Of a DNA stretch of 64,000 nucleotides, positions 8,806 through 18,482 are shown one piece after another. The first letter of the stretch is position 1. Every line of letters starts with the position of its first letter. The stretch comes from Candidatus Omnitrophota bacterium. GTDB taxonomy: Bacteria > Omnitrophota > Gorgyraeia > JAHJTE01. The stretch lies in NCBI GenBank assembly GCA_040753675.1, contig JBFMEB010000006.1, positions 4,561-68,560 on the forward strand, in the 5' to 3' direction. The notes beneath the pieces are model-generated. The model searched no databases, had not been told where the DNA came from, and was given only the letters and a program-made list of their open reading frames with translations. A program made the translations under genes and the position numbers.

Positions 8806-10032
8806 ATGAGTCCGATTTTTGCTTACAAAGCAAGAGATAAACAGGGTGCCTTAGTAAAAGGAATCTTAGAAGCAGGTTCACAAGATGAGCTTATAGATAA
8901 ATTGCATAAGATGGGTTATCTGGTCATAAGCCTGGGGCAAAAAAGCAGTCCGGCTTTTAAATTAGATTTCCTATTGGATAAATTCACAACTATAAGTATC
9001 ACAGAAAAACTTTTATTTTATATTCAATTTGCAAATTTAATTCAATCGAGTTTGCCGATCTTAACAGCTCTTAAGACATTATCTAGCGAAATTAAAAACA
9101 GACGATTTAAACTTGTGTTAGAGGATGTTGTGAAAAAAATCGAATCTGGGTTAAGCCTCTCAGAGGCATTAGCTAATCATTCTGAGGTATTCTCTGGACT
9201 TTTAGTGCATATGGTAAAGGCAGGTGAGGCAAGTGGTGCATTAGCGCAGGTGTTAACCAGGTTTTCAAAATTTGCTGAGGAAGACTATGATTTGCGTCAA
9301 AGAGTAAAAGCAGCCTTATTTTATCCCGTGCTTTTAAGCCTGGCCAGCGCCGCGTTGATAATATTTATCACTAGTTTTGTTGTCCCAAGTTTCGTAGCCA
9401 TTTTTCAAAAGGCAAAGGTTAAATTGCCTATCTCTACTCGGTTTCTTTATTGGTTGGGAATGGCTTTAAGAAGCAATTGGTTTTTATTTTTAATTTCTAT
9501 TTTTCTTTTTATCTTTGTGTTAAAATGGATTATTAATACTAAAAAGGGGCGTTTAATTTTTGATAGTTTTAAATTAAATTTGCCTTTGTTAGGAGATGTT
9601 TTTCGCAAATTAAGTATATCGCGTTTTAGCCGCACCCTGGCGACATTAGATGCAAGCGGGGTGCCGATATTAAAGTCTTTAGAAATTTCTAAGGAGGTGA
9701 TGGGTAATAAGTTAATAGAAAAAACCATAGAAGCAGGAAGCCAACTTGTTGAGCAAGGAAGCACGCTTTATGAAGCACTAAGAACTACTAATCAGTTTCC
9801 AGAAGAGGCATTGCAGATGATTTCAGCAGGAGAGCAGGGTGGTAATTTGGCACCGATGCTTTCTAAACTCTCTGATTATTATGAAAAACTCATTGATTAT
9901 CGCCTGAAACGATTAGTTAGTATAATTGAGCCTGCCTTTCTTGTAATAGTAGGAGGCGTGGTTGCCTTTATTATGGCTTCGATGTTGATGCCGATATTTG
10001 ATATGGTGAAGGTGATAAGGGCGATGAAATAA
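8806..10032 (+). CDS. pilC: PilC/GspF inner-membrane platform protein, copy 1
   Basis: FAYKARD start, MVKAGEASG, ALFYP, IIEP..MLMPIF. Confidence 0.93.
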   Translation: MSPIFAYKARDKQGALVKGILEAGSQDELIDKLHKMGYLVISLGQKSSPAFKLDFLLDKFTTISITEKLLFYIQFANLIQSSLPILTALKTLSSEIKNRRFKLVLEDVVKKIESGLSLSEALANHSEVFSGLLVHMVKAGEASGALAQVLTRFSKFAEEDYDLRQRVKAALFYPVLLSLASAALIIFITSFVVPSFVAIFQKAKVKLPISTRFLYWLGMALRSNWFLFLISIFLFIFVLKWIINTKKGRLIFDSFKLNLPLLGDVFRKLSISRFSRTLATLDASGVPILKSLEISKEVMGNKLIEKTIEAGSQLVEQGSTLYEALRTTNQFPEEALQMISAGEQGGNLAPMLSKLSDYYEKLIDYRLKRLVSIIEPAFLVIVGGVVAFIMASMLMPIFDMVKVIRAMK

Positions 10033-10265
10033 GTGAGGACATAAGTTACGGTGGCGTTAGCAACGTAACTTATTTGTCCGAACTTACCCAGCACTTATTT
10101 TACTAAAAAGCTGGATAATAAAATTAAGATTTTATTCGAAGAAAATTTATTTTATTTCAAATCAAAGCCTGGCAGTAAAATAAGTGCTGGGTTAAATTCG
10201 TAGACGGCCTTACGGCCTACAATTTATGTCGCCCATTGGGCTCCATAAATTGTCTACTCATTTAA
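10031..10265. mobile_element. Composite element: GA-mismatch hairpin + 107-bp TIR element + mismatch hairpin
   Basis: 19-bp perfect TIR acccagcacttattttact (10086-10104 / 10174-10192); near-identical core at 51160-51267; hairpins at 10031-10085 and 10192-10265. Confidence 0.85.
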
Positions 10266-10277
10266 GGAGGTGTTTTT

Positions 10278-10769
10278 ATGCGACGGGTTTTTGGTTTTAC
10301 GTTAATTGAATTACTAATTGTTATTGCAGTTATTGCTATTTTAGTTGGAATTACAGTTCCAAGGTTTTTAGGTATGAGAGATGAGGCAAATTCTGCTAAG
10401 GCATCAGGAGAGACCGCAGCCTTAAAAGCAGCAATTGAGGCATACAGAATACACAGGGGTGTCTTTGCTTATGACGGTGATCCTGATACTTGGCAAAGCC
10501 AGTTGACTGCCATGAGACCGCAGCTTATCGAATCAGTGCTTCCAGATCCATTTACTGCTGCTACCTCGCCAGATAATGAGTATCAACTCGATGTTTCACC
10601 CAATGGAAGGTATTATGTAATTTGGTCAATTGGGCCAGATGCAGAAGCAGATATTAGTGGAATTGACAATAATGGCACTATTCTTACCACCCCCGCTGGC
10701 GGCTGTAATATAACAACCACAACTTGTAATAGAACAGAAGATATTTACGCAACTAATGGAACGCCTTAA
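10278..10769 (+). CDS. Type IV pilin / GspG-like pseudopilin
   Basis: G|FTLIELLIVIAVIAIL class III signal; DPF..Y..WSIGPD; SD AGGAGG. Confidence 0.9.
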   Translation: MRRVFGFTLIELLIVIAVIAILVGITVPRFLGMRDEANSAKASGETAALKAAIEAYRIHRGVFAYDGDPDTWQSQLTAMRPQLIESVLPDPFTAATSPDNEYQLDVSPNGRYYVIWSIGPDAEADISGIDNNGTILTTPAGGCNITTTTCNRTEDIYATNGTP

Positions 10770-10786
10770 GTTAGGTAGGATTAAAG

Positions 10787-11152
10787 TTGCGAAAACAGGG
10801 TTTTAGCCTTATAGAATTACTCATAGCCTGCGTTTTGCTTAGTATTGGCTTAGTCGGCTTGATTAATGCATTCTCTATTGGTTTTTCACAAAGTGGTCAA
10901 GCCAAGCAATACGCAGTTGCTAAAAATTTAGCTGAAGAGAAATTGGAAGAGATAAGAAATCTCTCTTATGCTAATGTAAGCCTCGAACCGAGGGCACCTG
11001 TTTTGGGTTTCTCGGATTTTGAGCGCCAAGTTAATGTAGGAGATGCAACGCCTATAGTACCTGGATTAAAACAGGTGCAAATAGACGTATTCTGGCAGGC
11101 AAAAGGAGGAGAAGTAAGCATAAGTTTGTATAGTTATGTGTCGGATATTTAG
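10787..11152 (+). CDS. Minor pilin (PilV/GspI-like)
   Basis: G|FSLIELLIA; LAEEKLEEIR. Confidence 0.85.
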   Translation: MRKQGFSLIELLIACVLLSIGLVGLINAFSIGFSQSGQAKQYAVAKNLAEEKLEEIRNLSYANVSLEPRAPVLGFSDFERQVNVGDATPIVPGLKQVQIDVFWQAKGGEVSISLYSYVSDI

Positions 11153-11169
11153 GGTTTTTGTTAGATTGA

Positions 11170-11289
11170 TTGGTAACGGTAACGAAGCCGGTATCGGTTA
11201 ACGGCTAAGGTAACGTAAAAACAAAAAGACGAATTCCGTAACCGAATAACGAAACGGGCATCGTAACCCTAACCTATAAACGTTGCCAA
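11170..11289. repeat. Empty hexamer-periodic palindromic element (GGTAAC family)
   Basis: ttggtaacggtaacgaagccggtatcggttaacgg ... ccgtaaccg..cgtaaccctaacc..cgttgccaa. Confidence 0.6.
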
Positions 11290-11304
11290 AGTGGTTTTAA
11301 ATAT

Positions 11305-11826
11305 ATGATTTTTTCTCCTCGTGGTTTAACTTTACTTGAAGTCCTGATAAGTCTAGCCATTATCAGCATATTAATCGTTGCTGTAACTTTTACTGCGCTA
11401 AGCGTATTTCGCTCTTGGCCCACTGAGGCAGGCCATAGCGAAGAGCGGCTTTTAGCAGCAAATGCGCTTGAAAGGATGCTTAGAGAATTTAGAAGCAGCC
11501 TAAGAATAGTGCTTGCTCAAAGTAACCAAATTACATTTTGGTTAGATTCAAATGATAATGGCATTGAAGATACGCTAACGGAAGATGTAAATTTTTCTTG
11601 GTCAGGAGTAGCAGGTGAGAGCCTATACCTAGCTGAAGGAGCAGTAAGTCAAGAAATTTTAAAAAATATAAATAATTTTTCAATTGTCTATTTCGACGAT
11701 AATAATCAGGTTTTAACCACGCCAATAAATTTATCTTTAGTTAGATTATTAGAGATTAATTTATCTAATCAGATTGATGAGGAAGTGGTTAATTTAAGAT
11801 TCAAAGTAAAGTTGAGAAACCTATAA
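11305..11826 (+). CDS. Minor pilin (PilW/GspJ-like)
   Basis: G|LTLLEVLISLAI; ALERMLREFR; ends VKLRNL. Confidence 0.85.
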   Translation: MIFSPRGLTLLEVLISLAIISILIVAVTFTALSVFRSWPTEAGHSEERLLAANALERMLREFRSSLRIVLAQSNQITFWLDSNDNGIEDTLTEDVNFSWSGVAGESLYLAEGAVSQEILKNINNFSIVYFDDNNQVLTTPINLSLVRLLEINLSNQIDEEVVNLRFKVKLRNL

Positions 11827-11828
11827 GT

Positions 11829-11955
11829 AAAATCAAAAATCAAATATAAAAATGCAAAATGACAATGCAAAATTTAAAATTTATAAACTTAAGTTTAAAA
11901 TAATTTTACATTTTAATATGTAATTTTGATATTTAATTTTTGATATTTAATTTTT
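11829..11955. repeat. Empty heptad-periodic palindromic element (family A)
   Basis: aaaatcaaaaatcaaatataaaaatgcaaaatgacaatgcaaaattt ... aattttacattttaatatgtaattttgatatttaatttttgatatttaattttt; abuts ATG 11956. Confidence 0.85.
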
Positions 11956-13419
11956 ATGTTGTTTGTTTCTAGAAAGGGTGGCTTTATCCTAATCACCATC
12001 CTGATGTTCTTTGTCTTATTAACTGTCATTGTCGCTGTTTATTTATTCCTCTCCACCATTGAAATGCGCCAAGTGGTAAATAATTTAGATGATGCCAAAG
12101 CCCTTGCTTTAGCTGAAGCAGGAATAGAACGCGGTATAAGGGGAATTAGAGACGATGTGTTAACTACAACGCAGATAGGTATAGCTGATTTAAGAGGTGA
12201 AGATACAGATCTCTCAATAAGCATTGGAACGCGAGATAATATGCGCTATATAGATAGTGCAGTTGCGACAATAAATGCCAATACTGACCAAGCCATTTTA
12301 AGGAGATTTGACTCAAATTATACAAATACCAGAATAAATTCTATAGAATTACATGCTAGAGCAGCTAGGAGTGGCACTGGAACCAATCCTACTATGCAGG
12401 TTTCTTATACTGTTGACGGTGTTAATTATACGACAGCAATAACCCAGTTGCTCACCAGCACCACCTTAACTGATTTTTCTGCGAATATCACTGGCACGCT
12501 TAGTTGGCAAACAATTATGAGTGCGAATTTCCGGCTTCGGACTATGCGTACGGCAGGCACCCGGACTATTAATCTTGACTCTATGTATTTAAGAGTAACT
12601 TATGAAATAGATACAAATACTGAAAGTTGGGCAACAGGAGGTTTTGCTACTTTTCCTATTAACCTAGGCGACGGCACAATAGAATCTATAAACATTACTG
12701 CTGAGCAAGGAAAGGTGCATTTAAATACTGCTTCACAGCCGTTATTAAGATATCTGATGTTTGAGAGAGGCGTGCCAGGTGCTACTGCAAATACTTTGGC
12801 TAGAAGAATAGTTAACTATCGTGCTTCGAAATTTTTTGATTCAGTAGAGGAGTTAAAGCAAATTAACGGCATGACTCAAGTCTATTATGACTTGATAAAA
12901 GACTATGTCAGTGTGTATTCATTCATAAATACCTATGCAACACGGCTAACTGGTAATCGCGCTCCGATAAATATCAATACTGCCTCACGTGAAGTCTTAG
13001 AAGCTATTTTTGATCCATTGAATTTGGCTGCCAGCGATCCTGCTAGTCTTGCTACGGACATAATTAATACCAGAGCCAGCAATCCTTTTACTTGCTTTTA
13101 TTCTTCTGATTCTGCAATAACTACTGATTTTTATGACTTTATAATTAATCGTGCCTATCTAACTGCTGCCCAGCGAAATCGCGTTCTCGACAATGCTGAT
13201 GCCTCGCAATTAGTACCTGTTTCTGGCTATGCTGGTTTTAACGCAGCAACAACAGAGTTTTCATATGATACGAATAGTTTTTTGATAGATGCCGTGGGTA
13301 AAAAATCCGATTCAAGTCGTCGGGTAAAAACTATAATTAAAGACGACGGCAATAAATATTTAGATACATTTATTGGCGATACAACATTGACAAAATACTG
13401 GAGAGAGATTGCACAATAA
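11956..13419 (+). CDS. PilX/GspK-like minor pseudopilin with HhH motifs and inserted beta-rich domain
   Basis: G|FILIT without Glu5; ALALAEAGIE; KVHLNTAS, FDSVEELKQING, ININTAS. Confidence 0.82.
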   Translation: MLFVSRKGGFILITILMFFVLLTVIVAVYLFLSTIEMRQVVNNLDDAKALALAEAGIERGIRGIRDDVLTTTQIGIADLRGEDTDLSISIGTRDNMRYIDSAVATINANTDQAILRRFDSNYTNTRINSIELHARAARSGTGTNPTMQVSYTVDGVNYTTAITQLLTSTTLTDFSANITGTLSWQTIMSANFRLRTMRTAGTRTINLDSMYLRVTYEIDTNTESWATGGFATFPINLGDGTIESINITAEQGKVHLNTASQPLLRYLMFERGVPGATANTLARRIVNYRASKFFDSVEELKQINGMTQVYYDLIKDYVSVYSFINTYATRLTGNRAPININTASREVLEAIFDPLNLAASDPASLATDIINTRASNPFTCFYSSDSAITTDFYDFIINRAYLTAAQRNRVLDNADASQLVPVSGYAGFNAATTEFSYDTNSFLIDAVGKKSDSSRRVKTIIKDDGNKYLDTFIGDTTLTKYWREIAQ

Positions 13420-13462
13420 AGTTGATACACGGATAAACATATTCTGGGAATACTAAACAAAA

Positions 13463-13566
13463 GTCAAAAGTTGTCATACAATTGTCATACTATTGTCATA
13501 TATTGTCTATTTACAATGTATGACCATATTTGACTATTTATGACTACGTATGACTTATTACTGTCT
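13463..13566. repeat. 10/11-nt periodic palindromic element (TTGTCATA / TATGAC), copy 1
   Basis: ttgtcataca-a x3-4 then tatgac/ttgac x4; similar copy at 39471-39572. Confidence 0.85.
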
Positions 13567-13589
13567 GTTTTCTCTAATTGGATAATATT

Positions 13590-15209
13590 ATGACCGATAA
13601 CGAATTGCAACTTAATTTGACACCAAATACTATTTATACTCGCGAGCAGGCAGTCAGCGCTGAAGCAGTAATTGGAATTGATATTGGTTATCGAGATATA
13701 AAAATTGCTGAACTTAGGCGAAAAAGGACAAATGACGAATGGCAGGTGGAAAGCTGCGAAATATTAGATTTTTCTCAAAGCAAAAGCGAAGATGAAAATA
13801 AAGTAAAGATAAACATTTTAAAAAAATTTTTTGAAGACAAAAATATTAAAAAGGCAAAAGTTGCCTGCCTTATTAATGATGCAAATGTTTTAAATAAAAG
13901 AATACTTACGCCTCTATTAAGCGACTCAGAGCTTAAAGAGGCGATTCACTACAAGACAAAGGAATACATTAATTTTCCTCTTTCAGAGGCTTCTATTGAT
14001 TTTAAGATAATAGGCAAAGTAGAAGTTGAGAATGAAACAAAAGATGAAATTCTGGTAGTAGCCTGTCCACAAAAGGCAATTAACGATTACTTATCTTTAT
14101 TTAAAGAACTCAGAATATTACCCACCTCCTTTGTCAGTTTAGCTGTTGCTATCGAACATAACCTTTCCACTGTAAACCCTAAAGATAACGAGACAGTGGC
14201 TTTTGTTGATTTGGGAGCTACGCATACAGAACTTCAAATTTTTAAAGAAAGGAAGTTTAAATTTGGCCGCAAATTGCCTGTTATCGCTAATGCAATAACA
14301 AAGGCATTAACCACAGTGCTTCAAGGCGTCACAGGAAAGATTGCCCTAACATTTGAGGAAGCAGAGATTATAAAAAAAGAATGCGGCCTGCCGCAAGCCA
14401 GTAATGAAACTGTTTGTTCTAAAACAATAACTGCTAACCAGGTGTTGTCGCTAATTCGACCTGAGATAGAAAAACTGGTAAGTGAGATTGAACACTCTTT
14501 TTATTATTATCGGGAAGAATTTCAGGCAGGAAAGGTTGACCGCCTAATTCTCTTAGGCGCAGGTGCAAATCTTAAGAATCTAGCTCAATTTTTGGCTAAA
14601 GAATTAGGCATTGGCGTTGAGGTAGCTGAAAACGCTACTTTCTTCGCATCCATAGGAGTTGCAAGAAGTATTATAGAGCAACTTAAGACGAGGCAAAAAG
14701 AAATAAATTTGCTGCCCAAAGAGATTAAAGAACAAAATCAACTTTTGATTAGAAGATTAACCTTTGAGGTAATTATTACAGTATTTATTCTCACTTACAT
14801 TTTGTTCTTGCTGGGACTTAAGGTTGCCACTATCGGAATGCATAAGCGGCTGGAGGCCATCAAAGCTCAAATTTACAGCCTGCGCTATAAGCAACAAGAG
14901 GCATATATGAAAGGAATAATCAGCCAGGTTTATAGCCGGGAACCGCTCTGGCACGATTGTTTTGTTGAACTTAGCAATATAATCGGTGAAAATGTATATC
15001 TGACACGCCTGTCTCACCTTAAAGATGAGTTGACCTTGGAAGGCGTTGTTGTTTCTAAGACAGATACAACTGAAAGCATTCTTTCTGATCTTATGTTAAA
15101 GTTAGAAAAAGGCATATTTAAGAATGTGAGTCTCATCGAAAGCAAAACACAGAAGGACGACACAAAACCCAATGTGGGTGAATTTATAATAAAATGCCAA
15201 ATAGAATAA
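13590..15209 (+). CDS. pilM: PilM-PilN fusion protein, copy 1
   Basis: IGIDIG, VDLGA actin-like motifs, then INLLP, TM and PilN-like domain. Confidence 0.85.
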   Translation: MTDNELQLNLTPNTIYTREQAVSAEAVIGIDIGYRDIKIAELRRKRTNDEWQVESCEILDFSQSKSEDENKVKINILKKFFEDKNIKKAKVACLINDANVLNKRILTPLLSDSELKEAIHYKTKEYINFPLSEASIDFKIIGKVEVENETKDEILVVACPQKAINDYLSLFKELRILPTSFVSLAVAIEHNLSTVNPKDNETVAFVDLGATHTELQIFKERKFKFGRKLPVIANAITKALTTVLQGVTGKIALTFEEAEIIKKECGLPQASNETVCSKTITANQVLSLIRPEIEKLVSEIEHSFYYYREEFQAGKVDRLILLGAGANLKNLAQFLAKELGIGVEVAENATFFASIGVARSIIEQLKTRQKEINLLPKEIKEQNQLLIRRLTFEVIITVFILTYILFLLGLKVATIGMHKRLEAIKAQIYSLRYKQQEAYMKGIISQVYSREPLWHDCFVELSNIIGENVYLTRLSHLKDELTLEGVVVSKTDTTESILSDLMLKLEKGIFKNVSLIESKTQKDDTKPNVGEFIIKCQIE

Positions 15210-15739
15210 AATCTGTGCCAAGCAAGTTAGATTTAAAGACCCTCTTTGCCAAGAATAGGTTTATTTTTCTTCTTGCCTTATCAGTCCTCATTTTCATCAT
15301 ATCAATTATTTATATATGCGTTCCCCTTTTGAAAAACCTAAACGCTGTTAGTAAGCTCTATAGAAGAGAGCAGTTAGAGTTTGACCGGATTCAAAAAGAA
15401 GCCTCGCTTTTAGATAATGTAAAAGCAAAAAATTTTACTGATAGTGAGCATATTCCAGCTGCCTTGGAAGAATTAACCAGAAAGGCAAATGAGTTAGGGA
15501 TTAAATTCGATGCGGTAAAACAGAGAGGTTTAGTATTCCTCGACGGCAATTATAAAATTTTACCCCTCTCTATAGAATCAACCTGTGATTTTCAGGCATT
15601 GGGTAATTTTCTAGGCAATCTGGAAAATTTAAAGGAAAGTGTTACGGTTGTTGACAAATTAGAAATTACCAGAGAAAAAGAAATCTTGCCTAATTTAAAG
15701 GTTGTTTTAGAGTTAGGTATGTATATTATATCTTATTAA
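15194..15739 (+). CDS. pilO: PilO-like protein, copy 1
   Basis: TM, coiled coil, FQALGNFLGNLENL; position after pilMN. Confidence 0.75.
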   Translation: MPNRIKSVPSKLDLKTLFAKNRFIFLLALSVLIFIISIIYICVPLLKNLNAVSKLYRREQLEFDRIQKEASLLDNVKAKNFTDSEHIPAALEELTRKANELGIKFDAVKQRGLVFLDGNYKILPLSIESTCDFQALGNFLGNLENLKESVTVVDKLEITREKEILPNLKVVLELGMYIISY

Positions 15740-15741
15740 TT

Positions 15742-16185
15742 ATGAAAAATGCTCGCCTTATAATCTTATTAGTCTTAATAATAATCATGGTTTTTGTCTG
15801 GTCAACTTCTTTTAAAAAAATCAAGCGGCCAAGAATCATGGCTAAAGGTTCAGTGGCTCTTGAGCCTGAGAAGGATGTTAAAAGTTTTGTTTTTTGGCAG
15901 GATAGGATGGTTAAAGGGAGGAAGGTAAGTGCTTTTAAGCAATGGGGAAGAAATCCCTTTGCCTTAACCCAAGGGATGATTGCCGAGTCAAGCTTTCGTC
16001 TTTTGGGCATATTATGGGACATCAAAATTCCTCAGGCAATTATTAACGATACTGTAGTTGGCGTCGGCGATGTTATCGATGGTTACAATGTTGTTGGGAT
16101 TGAAAAGAATAAAGTGATATTAAATAATGGCACTAACACCTTAGAGTTAATCTTGTGGGAAGAGAAAGATGAAGGACAGAAATGA
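15742..16185 (+). CDS. PilP/GspC-like protein, copy 1
   Basis: WGRNPF, LLGILWD..AIIND..VGDVIDG. Confidence 0.65.
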   Translation: MKNARLIILLVLIIIMVFVWSTSFKKIKRPRIMAKGSVALEPEKDVKSFVFWQDRMVKGRKVSAFKQWGRNPFALTQGMIAESSFRLLGILWDIKIPQAIINDTVVGVGDVIDGYNVVGIEKNKVILNNGTNTLELILWEEKDEGQK

Positions 16186-16188
16186 TTA

Positions 16189-16283
16189 AACGCAGATGAT
16201 CGCTGACAAATGAACAGATGATCACTGATTTTTAATTTTTATCTGTGTTCATCTGTCGCTTTTCAATCTGTGTTCATCTGTGT
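16189..16283. repeat. Empty periodic palindromic element (CAGATG/CATCTG family)
   Basis: aacgcagatgatcgctgac..aacagatgatcactgat / atctgtgttcatctgt..atctgtgttcatctgtg; half copy at 39438-39456. Confidence 0.75.
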
Positions 16284-16297
16284 ACAAGGAGATTTTA

Positions 16298-18001
16298 ATG
16301 ACAGAAGAACGGAAAAATTTAGAGAAAATACTTTTAGAAGATAAACTCATTTCTCCAGAGAGGTTAAATCTTGCAAAAGAGGAAGCAAAAAAGAATGCAG
16401 TCTCTTTAGAGAAGATATTGATTAAGCAGGGAGTGGTAAATAATGAACAGATAGCTACGATTATTGCTGGTGAAATGGGTATACCTTTTATTGATGTATC
16501 GGATTATGCTATTGATAAAGAGGTTTTGAAGCTTATCCCCAAAGATTTGGCGAGCAAATATACCCTTATCCCGCTGTTTAAAGTCGGCAGCAGCCTGACC
16601 ATAGCTATGGCAGATCCCTCGGATATAGTTGCCATAGATGAGGTTCATTTAAAAAGTAAATGTGATATTGATGCAGTCTTAGGAATTGCCGGCGCGATTA
16701 CTAATGCCATTGATACTTATTACGGGGTTAAGGGCGATATAGAGCATATTGTCGAAGATATTAGCGAGGAAGATGTTAATAAAATGGTAGAGAAACTTAA
16801 AGAGTCGCAAGATACCAAAGATTCTTCTCAGTTAGCCGAGGAGGCGCCATTAATCCGCCTAGTGAATCTTTTGATTGTTCAGGCCGTAAAAGAAAGGGCA
16901 TCTGATATTCATATTGAGCCGGATGATAAACAATTGAGGGTGCGTTTCCGCATTGATGGCGTTCTTTATGAGAGACCTTCACCGCCTCAATTTTTGACAA
17001 ACGGAATTATATCTCGTGTAAAGATTCTTTCCAAAATGGATATTGCTGAAAAAAGAAAGCCGCAGGACGGAGGATTCGGTATTAAGGTCGGTAAAAAAGA
17101 TATAGATTTAAGAGTCTCAACTTATCCGACAATTTATGGCGAAAATGTGGTGATGAGACTTTTGGATAAAAGTAGCCTATTAATGGGCTTGGAAGATTTA
17201 GGGCTTTCTGACCAGGCCCTTAAAACCTTTAGCGAAATGATTCGCATGCCTTATGGCATAATTCTGGTAACTGGGCCGACAGGAAGCGGTAAAACCACTA
17301 CATTATACGCAACTTTACAGACAATAAATACTGTTTCAAAAAACATAATCACCTTGGAGGATCCAGTTGAATATAGGTTACCTCTAATAAGGCAGGCACA
17401 GGTTAACCCTAAAGCAGGCCTTACCTTTGCCTCTGGCTTAAGGTCAATATTAAGACAGGACCCCAATGTTATCATGGTTGGCGAAATCCGAGATTTAGAG
17501 ACAGTGGAGATTGCTGTGCATGCTGCTTTGACTGGCCAGTTGGTTTTCAGCACCTTGCATACCAACGATGCTCCTGGAGCAATAACCAGAATGATAGATA
17601 TGGGCGTAGAGCCATTTTTAATTGCCTCATCAGTTATTGGTGTAGTAGCCCAGCGGCTTGTTAGAGTATTATGCCCTGACTGTAAAGAAGCCTATAAACC
17701 TTCAGAGCAATTATTATCTAGTTTAGGTTTAGCGCCGGGTAAGGATTATAAGTTTTTTAAGGCACGTAGTTGTCGGCATTGTTATCAGATGGGCTATAAA
17801 GGCAGAATTGGAATCTATGAAGTTATGGTTATGAACGAAGCTCTTAGGAAACTTGCAATCAGTAAGGCATCCAGCGATGAAGTTATGCGCGAGGCGAGAA
17901 AATCAGGACTCGTAAGTTTGAGAGAAGACGGATTGCTTAAGGCGATAAATGGTATAACATCTATCGAAGAGGTTCTAAGAGTAACGCAGATGGAAGTGTG
18001 A
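16298..18001 (+). CDS. pilB: Type IV pilus/T2SS assembly ATPase (PilB/GspE), copy 2
   Basis: ASDIHIEP, GPTGSGKTT, LRQDPNVIMVGEIRD, CxxC..CxxC; SD AAGGAG before ATG 16298. Confidence 0.93.
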   Translation: MTEERKNLEKILLEDKLISPERLNLAKEEAKKNAVSLEKILIKQGVVNNEQIATIIAGEMGIPFIDVSDYAIDKEVLKLIPKDLASKYTLIPLFKVGSSLTIAMADPSDIVAIDEVHLKSKCDIDAVLGIAGAITNAIDTYYGVKGDIEHIVEDISEEDVNKMVEKLKESQDTKDSSQLAEEAPLIRLVNLLIVQAVKERASDIHIEPDDKQLRVRFRIDGVLYERPSPPQFLTNGIISRVKILSKMDIAEKRKPQDGGFGIKVGKKDIDLRVSTYPTIYGENVVMRLLDKSSLLMGLEDLGLSDQALKTFSEMIRMPYGIILVTGPTGSGKTTTLYATLQTINTVSKNIITLEDPVEYRLPLIRQAQVNPKAGLTFASGLRSILRQDPNVIMVGEIRDLETVEIAVHAALTGQLVFSTLHTNDAPGAITRMIDMGVEPFLIASSVIGVVAQRLVRVLCPDCKEAYKPSEQLLSSLGLAPGKDYKFFKARSCRHCYQMGYKGRIGIYEVMVMNEALRKLAISKASSDEVMREARKSGLVSLREDGLLKAINGITSIEEVLRVTQMEV

Positions 18002-18010
18002 TATAAAGAT

Positions 18011-18471
18011 AAATTTAAATATCAAAAATCAAATATCAAAATGGCAATACAAAATTCAAAATCTGATGACTTTAAAGAGAAATTTAAACAAAGACTATAT
18101 GATTTTGTATTAAAGCTTATCAATTTTTTAGATAGTTTAGCTAAAGATAATGTTTCAAGAAGAATTAGTGACCAATTGTTAAGGAGCGGAACAAGTATTC
18201 TTGGGAATTATATTGAAGGTAAATCAGCAAGCAGTAAAAAAGAGTTTACTAATTTTTTTAATACTTCCTTGAAGTCGGCTAATGAAAGCAAATTATGGCT
18301 TACATTATTGCGTGATGCTAAACGAGCTAATACTGAAGAAGTAACTTGGTTTCTGAAAGAACTCGATGAGATTTCTAATATTTTTGCATCAAGCATTTTG
18401 ACACTTAAAGGTAAAAAGTAATTTTTAATTTTAATATGTAATTTTGATTTTTGCAGTTTGATTTTTGAATT
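18011..18471. mobile_element. Family A heptad inverted arms enclosing an intact four-helix-bundle gene
   Basis: Left arm aaatatcaaaaatcaaatatcaaaATGgcaatacaaaattcaaaa; right arm atttttaattttaatatgtaattttgatttttgcagtttgatttttgaatt. Confidence 0.85.
18041..18421 (+). CDS. Four-helix-bundle protein (23S rRNA IVS / TIGR02436-like)
   Basis: QLLRSGTSILGNYIEG..SSKKEF..SLKSANESKLWL. Confidence 0.9.
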   Translation: MAIQNSKSDDFKEKFKQRLYDFVLKLINFLDSLAKDNVSRRISDQLLRSGTSILGNYIEGKSASSKKEFTNFFNTSLKSANESKLWLTLLRDAKRANTEEVTWFLKELDEISNIFASSILTLKGKK

Positions 18472-18482
18472 AGTTTTATATT

